Positions 1-16,012 of a stretch of DNA of 64,000 nt are shown piece after piece; the first letter of the stretch is position 1; each line of letters begins with the position of its first letter. The notes under the pieces are model-generated. The model was not told where the DNA came from, did no database searches, and saw nothing but the letters and a program-made list of their open reading frames with translations. Position numbers and translations under genes: made by a program. This DNA comes from the human T2T-CHM13v2.0 reference genome, Homo sapiens, in assembly GCF_009914755.1 (NCBI RefSeq), contig NC_060940.1. One strand, written 5' to 3'.

Positions 1-1004
1 AACAGTTGTGAAGACTAAAAACAAAGCTTAAATCAATCTCTGGCACTAAGTATGTACTAAAAATAGGCTCATCATCATCATCGTCATCTTCATCTCCCAT
101 TAAATGATATATTAATAAACTTCCCTATTTAGAAAGTAGTGAAGAATGCTCTTCCTTGGGAATTTATAAATGGCAGAAAACTTTAAAAAAATGTGTGTTA
201 TTTAACTCCCATAACTCTAACAAAGGCAGAGATATTTTTCTCATTTTTTAAAGTTCCAGATCATGACAGACTTTATGGGGTGAGTCATAGGAATTTATAA
301 AATAGTCTATAAATACAGCCCTTTAGTGAGATCAGAGGTAGGAATGTCATAATATTACCAGATTACACAATAGAAGGAACTTGATGGGAAAGAAATGACT
401 TAGTTTAAAATTCACTTTAAAGTCTACCTCAACTATTTTGGAAAACTCCTGCTGCTTCTGTAGAAATTTCACACATTTTATTGCCTAGTAGACTTTATGA
501 TAACAGCTCCCAAGAATGACTAAACAGCACAAAAATTCTGACTCAACGTTTTGGTCAACAAGCATGCATGAAACACCAAATTTGTACCAAGCACAGTGCT
601 AGATTCCTTTTCCTTCTCCCACCCTTCTTTTCTTGGTTTCTTATATAATGAATAACAGAAAAATAAAACTCTTAGGAACTAGGACATTTTAGGTAACACA
701 ACTGTTAAACAGCGGAACCAGAATGAATACTCGCTTCTGAGTCATTGTGAAGTTCATGCATAAACCAAACACATAAAGGGCTTATCTTATTCATGCATAA
801 AATGGGGATAGTAATAGTCCCTGGCTAACAAGATTGCTGTGAAGATCACATGAGATGATAGGTGTGCCACACTTTACCAACATGTGTGTGCTGACCGCTG
901 TGTATAACACAGTGTGAAGGGCCCTCATATCATTTGTATCATGGTGACATCCTTGAATGCCTACACATGTACTCAATTTTCTGAACCCCAAACTGGGACA
1001 CAAC

Positions 1005-2021
1005 ATTCTATGATTTGAATGTTTGTGTGATTCCCAAAATACATATGTTGATATCCTAACTCCCAAGGTGATCGTATTAGAAGGTGGGGCTTTCAGGAGG
1101 TGATTAGGATGTGAAGCCCTCACAAATGAAATTAGTTCCCTTATAAAAAAGACCCCAGGGATCTAGCAAGCCCCCTTCCTCCATTGTGAGGACACAGTGA
1201 GAAGTTGATTGTCTGCAACCCAGAAGAGGGCCCTTACCAGAATCCGATCACACTGGCATGCTAATCTTGGACTTCCCAACTTTCAGAATTTCGATTAATT
1301 CATTTCTTTTTTTTTTAACTTTATTTGAAGTTCAGAGTTACATGTGCAGGATGTGCAGGTTTATTACATAGGTAAATGTGTGTCATGGGGATTCATTGTA
1401 CAGATTATTTCATCACCCAGGTCTTAAGCCTAGTATCCATTAGTTATTTTTTCTGATCCTCTCCCTCCTCCCTCCCTCTACCCTCTAGCAGGCCCCAGTG
1501 TTCCCCTTTATGTGTCCATATGTCTCATCATTTAGTTCCCTCTTATAAGTGAGTATATGTGGTATTTGGATTTATGTTCCTGAATTAGTTTGCTAATGAT
1601 AATGGCCTCCAGCTCCATCCATGTCCCTGCAAAGGACATGATCTCATTCTTTTTTATGGCTGCATAGTATTCCATGGTATATGTGTGCCACATTTTCCTT
1701 ATCCAGTCTATTGTTGATGGGCATTTCAGTTGGTTCCATGTCTTTGGTATTGTGAATAGTGCTGCAATTAACCTATGCATGCCTGTGTCTTTATAACGGA
1801 ATGATTTATATTCCTTTGGGTATATGCCCAGTAATGGAATTGCTGGGTCAAATGATATTTCTGTCTCTAGGTAACTGAGGAATCACCACACTGCCTTCCA
1901 CGATGGTTGAACTAATTCATATTCCCACTAACAGAAGAAATTAATTTCTATACGGTTTATAAGCCATCCAGTCTATTTTGTAGTTTGCATTTTGTATAGA
2001 AGCCCAAATGGACTACAAAAC
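1005..2021 (+). mobile_element. MLT1A-type MaLR solo LTR, split by an L1 fragment
   Basis: gaatgtttgtgtg...catatgttga...ccttataaaa...gaggacacag...atcttggacttccc, resuming at tttataagccatccagtcta...gcccaaatggacta. Confidence 0.75.
1303..1935 (-). mobile_element. 5'-truncated older L1PA 3' end
   Basis: T tail at left; ORF 1532-1780 is the ORF2 C-terminus ([14 protein letters not shown]-like), followed by 3'UTR. Confidence 0.9.
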
Positions 2022-3496
2022 AGAATATAACAAGTGATTATTTTTCTCATTTTGGAATATACTGATTTGAACATATCTTAGACACCTAAATATTAAAATG
2101 CAATATCTAAGTAAACATGATTTATTGAATAAGATGGTAAGAATTTAGACCTTCCCTGAAAGCCAGAGAATAAAAGCTTCCATCTCCCAAGTTCTTTACA
2201 GGCCTATGAATAAACTTTAAATCCACCTTCCTTTTCTCACAAACTCTGCTCTGCTGCTTGAAGACATGACCTGGATTTCTGTGTGTTTCTTTAGGCTGCC
2301 AGGAGAGTCTTAGTCCAAAGGCCACTCATATACCCATAATCTCCTCACAAAAAACACGGGTCCACAGTCTGTTATCCTGAGTTCTCATCTTAGTCTCATT
2401 ACTGGCGTATATGTGATTTAGTTATGTTATTACTGTTCCCTGATCTGTAAAATGGGGATTGTACCATGATTTATGAACTTTAAATGAGGTAATGCTTATA
2501 AAATACTTATTAAGGGTCTGACACCAAAACAAAAGCTCTGTAAACATGTATTTTAACAGCTTTAGTGTCAGCATTATTTATAAGGAAAAGACTGTAAGAT
2601 TTCTATTGATGATTCCCTGACTTTTTCTAAGGTCCAAGGTAGTTTTCCTTTCACTGTTTACTTCTCTGTCCTTAAAGAAGTTCATCTGGGCCTTAATGTT
2701 AGTGTCCTGCGTGTACACAGGAAATTAGAGGAATTTGGTTTAAGTGATGAAAGATGAAGCTGGGAAGGGAGAATAAATAGGAACCGATCTCTGCATTTCT
2801 GGTACCAGTATTTTTTTTCCACCAACTTTTCTAACCAAAATCTCTGTCCTTGAACTGATCATTGAAGATTCAAAGGTTTATTAGGTTGATTTTTGTATTC
2901 ATATTGAGTAGTTTATAAGCCTTTAATCTTAGTTATAAGATTAATCACAAAATCAGAAAGGATGCCATTTTTGGAATGCTCTCAGCAAATGCTGTCCTAA
3001 TCACCCTCCTCCCCACCCCCATACCACAGCTATGCCAACCCCATCTCTAGCTGCAAAGATTCAGTTTGCTTTTTTCTGGTCCTCACAGCTGCCACTATAC
3101 ATTCCACCATTTTAATTCCTCCCCTCTCTTCCTACTCATTTCACTGTGTGATAAAACTGCAGCATCAATAAAGGACAACACTTCATTACAAAACTCTGAT
3201 ATAGGCCCTTTCTTTAAGCCAAATCACAGAAAATACTTAAAAAAAAAGAGTGGGTTAAAAATAACAACTCTGGGGTAATGACTTAAATTTCAGAATTCAA
3301 AGTATCTGTATCATGTAATTTCTCAGGCATCATGATTTGAGGTAGAAATCTCAGAAGTAGATCCTCAAGCCACTTTGTTTTCCTGTGATTCTCAGCATCC
3401 TTCTGAGTAGCACCACATAAAATAGAATAAAAACAACCTGAGGAGCCAGAGAGTCTTCAGTGGAATCTCACCTGGGGGAATAACATTGAAACTCTC

Positions 3497-3529
3497 AGGT
3501 TGGTGCAAAAGTAATTATGGTTTTTGCTA
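3497..3529. mobile_element. MADE1 (Hsmar1-derived MITE) half-element inside a MIR-like segment
   Basis: aggttggtgcaaaagtaatt matches the Hsmar1/MADE1 TIR. Confidence 0.65.
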
Positions 3530-6483
3530 TCTCTTAATCTCAGATGTTCATCTATAAATAGGAGAAAATCTACTTCACAAGGATTGCTTTGCAGTAAATG
3601 AGTTGATAAATGATTCACATTTAGACACAAAAATAAATAAATATAAATGATGAGCCAATTCCTCAATCTGTAAGAGTTCTCTTAAAGCCCAAATTGACTG
3701 TGGAGATGAATATCCAAAAACGAAAAGAAATAAATAAGAACTACTAGTCACATGTTTTAGTAGCTTCGGGAAAGACAGAATTCTTTATGTGACACTCAAA
3801 AAGTATTTCCAAACTCTTCGTGGTGTTTGTCTATACCAGGGTTTACTGTTTTCAAAATATCTCTTACTATAGGTATCTCCATAGAGCATAGACTTCAAGC
3901 AAAGAGATGAGAAGCTATATCATGTTTCCTTGCTCACATCTTACCTACAGGAGCCTTTTATACCTGGCCCTAGAGTTTGCTGATTGACCCTTTTTTAAGA
4001 ATTTTCTCTCCTATTTCTGTATAAACATTTGCCTGACCTTTGCTCTTTAAGCACAAGGAAAGAATGTTTGATTCATATAGCATCACATAGATTGTGAAGT
4101 TACTCAAAAAAGGCTTGCTGGAAGGATGTGTGAACACTTATTAAGCATGGAATATTATTTTGTGTGAAACATAGTACTAAAAATATGAGGAAAGGGAATA
4201 GATGGGAGAGAAAAAGAGAAATAAAAAAGGGAATAGATAAGAGAGAAAAAGAGAAAGAAAAAAATTAATTTGGATCCTACTTTTCACATTGAAAAGGCTA
4301 ATGAGTTTTATTTTAGGTTAAAAAAAATCTAGTATTTTTATCTTTAGAATTGAAGTTTCTGTTCTAATTTCTTGAGAATTGTGCATATATTGGATTTGCT
4401 GCTCATTTGCAGAATTATTTGAAATGCTTTAGACAGAAGAGCTAGTTTTGAGAAGAATAGCATGCACATTGGAGAGTCATCTTCCTGCCACAGTAAGAAG
4501 AAACTTCTCATTAACACAATGGGAAGTGGCATGTGAGAAAATGGGCTCCTTGGGTCACATTAATATCAATTCTAATGATGGAAGTTTTAGAAATAGACAG
4601 TCTCTTTCTACTGCAATAGATATAGTTTAGAAACTGCATTGTCCTTGATAACTAATATTCACAAGAGACTTATTTAAACTTTCTCACTTTTAATCCAACA
4701 AGTATCCTGATTGGCTTCTAATACCACCATTCCTCTAATCTACAGTAGTATTTCTTGGAAGTAAATGCTAAGGAACTGATCCTTTTACTTTGCGGAATTA
4801 AGGATACAAATTCAAGAAAATTCCTAATGGCTTAGCAACTTGTTCAAAGACGATAATTTAATACACAGCACACTAACCACAGACACAAGCCAATGTCACC
4901 AGTTCATTCAATTCAGAGTAGCTTCGAGAGATCAAAAGTAAATTTAAGAAAATACACTGGTGTAGTGGTTGAGAATAGGTCAAAATGGCCAACTGAATAT
5001 TATTGCATTGGGGAAATAACATACTTCTGCATTGCTGCTACTGTTGATATTAAATAGAAACTTTCACCAGAGTAATATGTTTCCTCAATTAACACAGCCC
5101 AGCTGCATACATTTCATACTGATATTTGGCACAAAAATTCCACCTCTTTCTGTGTGTGTGTGTGGACTTACATTAGATTTTTTGTTGCTAACATATATTT
5201 ATTTAAAGCATCTCCTACCTCCTTTCCCTCAACCCATACCCAATGCTACATATCCACACAAAGCCTCCATCTCCTACTCTATTTTGTTTTTTTGTAATAA
5301 AGAACATCAATCTGTGACAATATACATGCAGAACACTTTCAAGATTTTCAGAACAAAGTTTTGAATGTCGTGGATCTTTCATTTTTACTCCCTGTGACTC
5401 CAGTACAACACGAACAAACTGCAATTAAGTCTGGAATGTACACAGCAGCCATACAGGTTACCATAACAGATAAATGAATAATAGGTGAAAAAAGTTATTC
5501 TGAACTGCATTCTTTCTACTGCAATTTGTGCGAAACAGCTGATGATTTTTCCAGGAACTAACTCTTTTATTCATAACTTCTGTGCTATGCCAATTTATAT
5601 ATCAGCACTTCAATTACCTCATCTAAAAAATGAGAACAACAGGATTGCCTTAAAAGGTTAAGGTATGCCCCAAATGAGAGTATGCAATCAAGATTTCCTT
5701 GTACTTTAAAACATGGCATCACAGTGAGTGTTTATCATTACTTGTAGATGACACTGCCAAATATCCAGATTTTTTTAAAATAACAACAAACATATTTGAA
5801 AGATTCTGGTGTGAGGGCTCTACATGGAAAAAGCCATAATTTTGTGATATTTCTATTTGCTATTTGCACCAATAGGGTGAAGCAAATTCACTCAACACGA
5901 TCAATGTATCTTTACATTATTTAGGGTAAATATAGAACTCTCAGATTCCAAATCTATGTCAATTCATTTCAGGTCTCATTTCTTCAGTGTGTTTGTGTTG
6001 TTTTAAAGTTTGTTCCACAAACACTTTTAGAAAATAACATAATAAAACCATAATCACATGTATAATTTTATGTAACACTGGAACAAAAAAAAAGAAAATG
6101 CTCCAGAGTAAATCCCACATTCAGTTTGACTCATGATCAATTCTTCAATGTTTACATAATACTTTTGAAAAATTTGAACTTTTTTCCCCTGGAGCCAGGA
6201 AAATAATAGTGCATTATGAGAATTCTAAATGTGATGATGTAACAAAAAATGCAAAAATGAAATGCAGTTTTACACATTGTGAAAGGATTACATTGCAAAT
6301 TTGATTTTTTATTTAATGTCAACAAAGTTTTAGTGACTGCCCCTTAGTGCCGAGTATCATAAAACTATCATGCTTGTATGTGTGCATAATATTAAGAGGA
6401 GTGACATGATATAAACTCAGGAGTGATATGATCTAAACCACAGCTGAATTGCATAGAACTTTATATGGTAGCAGAAATATGCT

Positions 6484-6650
6484 CTGTGTTATCCAGTATG
6501 GTAACCACTAACTATATGTGGCTATTTCACCCTAGCTATCTAGCTAGTGTAACTGAGAAATTGAAATTTTTACTTTATTTAATTTAAATTAATTTTCTGT
6601 AACTTCAATGAGCTGTATTTGGCTAGTGGCCACAATATCAAACAGCACAG
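6484..6650. mobile_element. MER3/MER33-like hAT-Charlie relic
   Basis: ctgtgttatccagtatggtaaccacta...gctagtggccacaatatcaaacagcacag, with inverted ends. Confidence 0.65.
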
Positions 6651-7147
6651 GTCGAAACTGAGGTAGAAATCATCTTGGCAGCTGTGTGGAGATCAAAGGA
6701 TAAGAGATGAGCAAATGAGGCTGTTATCACTACTCAAGTTAGAGATGATGGTGTTTGAGCTTAGGAAGTAAAATAAACCAGGCATAGTGATTATTTGAAC
6801 ATGGAAAGCAAAGGAAGTGAAGAAGTCTTGAAGAAACACTCCTATAGTATGTTTGTAACATGTTCAATTACTCTATATTGGTTTTCAAGTTAAAAATAGT
6901 TCTGTCTTGTTTTCTTTTACCCATTTCTATGTAATTATTCAAGTACAACAAATGGATCAGAAATGTTCACATAAATATTAGCAAAAGATGACTAAATATT
7001 TCTAGAAATGCATGGAATCCGGAAGTTCTGGTGGCTATTTGAGATTTATCTCTTGTGTGTGCTTCTCTATGATGGGAGGTTAGGAGTTGTGAGGATAAAC
7101 TCTCTTACACCAAAGCCCTCATGATGACCTTGATCCTCACTGCTTAC

Positions 7148-7333
7148 CCCCAGGACACAAGAAGCCCAATCGATTTCTATGAATGTCCACAGGTCCACAT
7201 TGACCCAGCAATGCCAGGGGCAATCTACAAGTGAAGAGAATCTTTCCCCTCCCTGAAATGATATCTTTTTGGAGCTGTTGATCGTGCCTGTCATACTTCT
7301 CTCCATAGGAAATAGAGTCAAGGTTGACAAACG
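7148..7333 (-). other. Candidate 186-nt cryptic/cassette exon in the CDH8 intron
   Basis: Minus-strand acceptor ttctgttgtctcttctgttacctattAG|CG and donor CTGGGG|GTAAGC; GC content higher than the flanks. No transcript evidence available. Confidence 0.4.
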
Positions 7334-7977
7334 CTAATAGGTAACAGAAGAGACAACAGAATGATGAAGTATAAAAAAAGCATCTTACAATGTAACAGTT
7401 CAGACCATAGGACCAGATCCAGTACTCATATTTAATAATATATTTAATGCATTTATTGAATCTTTCCTAATTTTTGACCTTTCTGCTAAGCCCTATATAT
7501 TAATTTTTCATTTAATCTTTCCTATAATCTAGTGGAGTAGCCCATTATAGACTTTCTTGTCTCTCAATGTTTATAGTTGTAAAATGGGGATAACATGCAT
7601 TTCCTCCGTCATAAAGTTAGTAAGAGAAATATGTATAATATCTTGACCATAGTATCTGTCACATAGTAAACTCTTATTAAATGTTGGAAAGTTATGAGGA
7701 TGGTGATATTTGATTATGTAAGTGGTTTCCATTTTGGTAAAAATTGTTTACCATATAGAAAAAAACATATTTGAGGAAAGCATGCACACCAAAATTAATT
7801 TTAAAAGTAGTGTATAACTATGTCAAAATAGGTTATGTAAAATGTCATAAATGAGTATATAATTTGAAATTTTAATTGGATATTAAGGTTCATTTACCAA
7901 ATAATAAGGAGTTTTGGTAAATACTGGGAATGAACTGTTAAGCAAGATATGGTCTATTAACTCTTTTCCCCCCCCCA

Positions 7978-8189
7978 AAGACAAGGTCTCACGAGGTCTC
8001 CCTCTGTCACCTAGGCTGGAGTTCAGTGGCACGATCCCAGCTCACTGTCACCTTCACTTCCCAGGGTCAAGTGATCCTCTTGCCTCAGCCTCCTGGGTAG
8101 CTGAGATTACGGGTATGCACCACCACGCCCGGCTATTTCTTTGTATGTTTTATAGATAGGAGGTTTCACCATGTTGCCTAGGCTGGTGG
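7978..8189 (-). mobile_element. AluJ-like partial SINE
   Basis: ctctgtcacctaggctggag...caagtgatcctcttgcctcagcctcc...ccatgttgcctaggctggt; highly diverged. Confidence 0.85.
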
Positions 8190-9516
8190 TCTCTCAACCT
8201 TAAAACTAGAGATGCATTTATATTCAAATGATGTGCTTATTTACACACTATAATAATAGGATAAACACACCATTCCAGTGTTCTGCCAGATGTAATTCAT
8301 TCTGGGGACAAAAATATTTTTTACCAAAAATGCTCATTCCTAAACGCAATGTCTACCCACACGGTCTCACCCGGTCTTGTACAATTAAACAAATGCAAAA
8401 TGCAAGATCATGTATTTGATGTCCAATAAATGTTAGCCAGAAATGTGTCCTCTTTTGCCATTAAACAGACAATTCTCTTCACTACAGTCTACACCCTGTT
8501 CCTCTTCCATACTTGTTCTGTCCAATCTCAGACCCTTGGCTTTGGAAGGGCATTTAGGTCTTTTCCTGTGCTTTGTACCACTAAATATATTTTCCATGAC
8601 TTCGACCCATTAAGGACTTTCATAAATTGTATTCTCATTTACTATGAAGGTGTGAACCTCGGTAGATCATCCCAAACTTGATTTGTCCCCTATTGCCTGT
8701 TTCAAAGGCACTTCAGCTAGACCCGTCCCATTCCCCAGCAAGCAGACTTCATACTCATGGGGTAGAGCTAATAAACATTTGACAAATGAATGAAAATAGA
8801 AGCTCTCCATTTCCACCGTGCTCTCTTCTTAAAATATGCAATATTATGTTTTCCTCTGCAACATTAAGTCAAATCTGATTGTCCTTATCAAAAGCAAAGC
8901 TGTATAATACATCATGTCAAACCAGAATGTAGAAATATAAGGAAAAATAAAGGTTTAGTTAAAATGACTCCCATAAATATTTGAACATCAGATAAGGATG
9001 TCAATCTCCCTTTGTCATGATGCAAAATAGAGGATTTATTTTGCCTTATGAGTATAATAATGTTAGATATCATGGCTCAGCCTACACAAGCATCTTTGTT
9101 TCTCTCAGAATATAAGCATTATTATTAAGTTTTGTTCCCTAGAGAATACAGAAGCTTCACCAATCAGAAAAAAAAAAGCTGATTTTAAACCCTAGATCAG
9201 CACTTTCTTTTTTTGTTTCTCTCTCAAGATTCTTGTGCAATCTCTACCACCTTAGATCACTAGTTTTAAAATATTTTACAAATACATGTAATTTGATTAT
9301 TATTTATAACTAATAGCCAGGTCTAGTATACCACACTGATAATATTTCAGGCAACTTAACTTGCCACTATGAGGTTTGCATCTCAAAATGTGTAACAAAT
9401 ATATATTTATCTAAGGGAAGACACTGTAGGTTGAGAAGTGTGCCCTGTTCTATCCAATATGGTAACCACTGTGGATTTGGGAGCTGGACAGCTAGCGGTG
9501 TGAATTCAGTAAAATT

Positions 9517-10419
9517 GGAGGAGCCAAGATGGCCGAATAGGAACAGCTCCGGTCTACAGCTCCCAGCGTGAGCGACGCAGAAGACGGGTGATTTCTGCAT
9601 TTCCATCTGAGGTACCGGGTTTCTCTCACTAGGGAGTGCCAGACAGTGGGCGCAGGCCAGTGGGTGCGTGCACCGTGCGCGAGCCAAAGCAGGGCGAGGC
9701 ATTGCCTCACCTGGGAAGCGCAAGGGGTCAGGGAGTTCCCTTTCCGAGTCAAAGAAAGGGGTGACGGACGCACCTGGAAAATCGGGTCACTCCCACCCGA
9801 ATATTGCCCTTTTCAGACCGGCTTAAAAAGCGGCGAACCATGAGATTATATCCCACACCTGGCTCGGAGGGCCCTACGCCCACGGAGTCTCGCTGATTTC
9901 TAGCACAGCAGTCTGAGATCAAACTGCAAGGCGGCAGCGAGGCTGGGGGAGGGGCGCCCGCCATTGCCCAGGCTTGCTTAGGTAAACAAAGCAGCCGGGA
10001 AGCTCCAACTGGGTGGAGCCCACCACAGCTCAAGGAGGCCTGCCTGCCTCTGTAGGCTCCACCTCTGGGGGCAGGGCACAGACAAACAAAGAGACAGCAG
10101 AAACCTCTGCAGACTTAAGTGTCCCTGTCTGACAGCTTTGAAGAGAGCAGTGGTTCTCCCAGCACACAGCTGGAGATCTGAGAACGGGCAGACTGCCTCC
10201 TCAAGTGGGTCCCTGACCCCTGACCCCCGAGCAGCCTAACTGGGAGGCACCCCCCAGCAGGGGCACACTGACACCTCACACGGCAGGGTATTCCAACAGA
10301 CCTGCAGCTGAGGGTCCTGTCTGTTAGAAGGAAAACTAACAAACAGAAAGGACATCCACACCGAAAACCCATCTGTACATCACCATCATCAAAGACCAAA
10401 AGTAGATAAAACCACAAAG
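9517..10419. promoter_or_regulatory. L1 5'UTR: CpG-rich internal sense promoter and antisense promoter; YY1 site intact
   Basis: CAAGATGGCC near 9525-9534; CpG density far above the flanks. Bidirectional promoter activity is established for L1PA/L1HS 5'UTRs. Confidence 0.85.
9749..9964 (-). CDS. ORF0: Primate L1 antisense ORF0, full 71 aa
   Basis: MAGAPPPASLPPCSLISDCC...RCVRHPFL*, ATG at 9964 in a strong Kozak context (gcaATGg). Donors CAG|GTGTGG after nt +106 (9859) and CAG|GTGCGT after nt +191 (9774). Confidence 0.88.
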   Translation of the reverse strand: MAGAPPPASLPPCSLISDCCARNQRDSVGVGPSEPGVGYNLMVRRFLSRSEKGNIRVGVTRFSRCVRHPFL

Positions 10420-11436
10420 ATGGGGAAAAAACAGAACAGAAAAACTGGAAACTCTAAAACGCAGAGCGCCTCTCCTCCTCCAAAGGAACGCAGTTCCTCA
10501 CCAGCAACGGAACAAAGCTGGATGGAGAATGACTTTGATGAGCTGAGAGAAGAAGGCTTCAGACGATCAAATTACTCTGAGCTACGGGAGGACATTCAAA
10601 CCAAAGGCAAAGAAGTTGAAAACTTTGAAAAAAATTTAGAAGAATGTATAACTAGAATAACCAATACAGAGAAGTGCTTAAAGGAGCTGATGGAGCTGAA
10701 AACCAAGGCTCGAGAACTACGTGAAGAATGCAGAAGCCTCAGGAGCCGATGCGATCAACTGGAAGAAAGGGTATCAGCGATGGAAGATGAAATGAATGAA
10801 ATGAAGCGAGAAGGGAAGGTTAGAGAAAAAAGAATAAAAAGAAATGAGCAAAGCCTCCAAGAAATATGGGACTATGTGAAAAGACCAAATCTACGTCTGA
10901 TTGGTGTACCTGAAAGTGATAGGGAGAATGGAACCAAGTTGGAAAACACTCTGCAGGATATTATCCAGGAGAACTTCCCCAATCTAGCAAGGCAGGCCAA
11001 CGTTCAGATTCAGGAAATACAGAGAACGCCACAAAGATACTCCTCAAGAAGAGCAACTCCAAGACACATAATTGTCAGATTCACCAAAGTTGAAATGAAG
11101 GAAAAAATGTTAAGGGCAGCCAGAGAGAAAGGTCGGGTTACCCTCAAAGGGAAGCCCATCAGACTAACAGCGGATCTCTCGGCAGAAACCCTACAAGCCA
11201 GAAGAGAGTGGGGGCCAATATTCAACATTCTTAAAGAAAAGAATTTTCAACCCAGAATTTCATATCCAGCCAAACTAAGCTTCATAAGTGAAGGAGAAAT
11301 AAAATACTTCACAGACAAGCAAATGCTGAGAGACTTGGTCACCACTAGGCCTGCCCTAAAAGAGCTCCTGAAGGAAGCGCTAAACATGGAAAGGAACAAC
11401 CGGTACCAGCCGCTGCAAAATCATGCCAAAATGTAA
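10420..11436 (+). CDS. ORF1: LINE-1 ORF1p RNA-binding/chaperone protein, full 338 aa
   Basis: MGKKQNRKTGNSK start; coiled coil; REKG, ARR and YPAKLS motifs intact. Confidence 0.95.
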   Translation: MGKKQNRKTGNSKTQSASPPPKERSSSPATEQSWMENDFDELREEGFRRSNYSELREDIQTKGKEVENFEKNLEECITRITNTEKCLKELMELKTKARELREECRSLRSRCDQLEERVSAMEDEMNEMKREGKVREKRIKRNEQSLQEIWDYVKRPNLRLIGVPESDRENGTKLENTLQDIIQENFPNLARQANVQIQEIQRTPQRYSSRRATPRHIIVRFTKVEMKEKMLRAAREKGRVTLKGKPIRLTADLSAETLQARREWGPIFNILKEKNFQPRISYPAKLSFISEGEIKYFTDKQMLRDLVTTRPALKELLKEALNMERNNRYQPLQNHAKM

Positions 11437-11472
11437 AGACCATCGAGACTAGGAAGAAACTGCATCAACTAA

Positions 11473-15327
<3,855 letters not shown>

Positions 15328-15639
15328 ACAATGAGATCACATGGACACAGGAAGGGGAATATCACACTCTGGGGACTGTGGTGGGGTGGGGGGAGGGGGG
15401 AGGGATAGCATTGGGAGATATACCTAATGCTAGATGACAAGTTAGTGGGTGCAGCGCACCAGCATGGCACATGTATACATACATATGTAACTAACCTGCA
15501 CAATGTGCACATGTACCCTAAAACTTAAAGTATAATAAAAAAAACAAAAAACAAAAAACAAAAACAAACAAACAAACAAAAAATTCAGTAAAATTACTTC
15601 ATTACTACAGAGTTTCAGTGTGCGTATCCATTATAGACA

Positions 15640-16012
15640 TGAAGAACTGCTGTGCAGATTGCCCTTCAAAGGAGGATGCCAGAGATGTGAGGGGCGTGGT
15701 CAGGAGACAGCCTCCAGCTATCCACTACTTAGGGTCCATCTCAGTTTCAGAAAATCCCCACTCCAGAGGTTTTCTGAAGACTAAGCAAACAGAGATATAA
15801 AGGCCCTACCACTTTGGCATGACGTAGTACTCCTCTGATAAGCAACACTGATTCCAAAGGAAACTACTAGTTTGGGCCAAGTTTTGGCTTGGATTGAGGT
15901 GCAGTTTGATTTCACTGTCTGTCCATCATGCTCTTGCTCCTTTCCTTTCATAGGTGGCAATCCCTAACAAATGGCTTTCATTTCAGACTCCATCTACTTT
16001 CAAACCTGTAAC
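15640..16012. mobile_element. Degenerate ERVL-type LTR
   Basis: GC-richer block with gatataaaggccc and a ...tgtaaca end, resembling LTR16/33/40-class LTRs. Confidence 0.35.

Noticed and set aside
4191-4263. Short tandem duplications here and at ~6397-6438, ~44198-44247 and ~54497-54531 as CRISPR-like or functional arrays
   Set aside because: Only two or three imperfect copies with no unique spacers; ordinary slippage duplications in eukaryotic DNA.
7182-7220. Short inverted similarity (gtccacattgaccca...cagggg) to the 254-nt CDH8 exon (gtccatattgaccca...cagggg)
   Set aside because: Only ~15 matching bases with gaps; flanks do not align or encode cadherin; compatible with chance.
7067-7330. 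87-aa minus ORF as a standalone gene
   Set aside because: Starts at TTG and has no recognisable domain or promoter; better explained as an open frame of the candidate cryptic exon.
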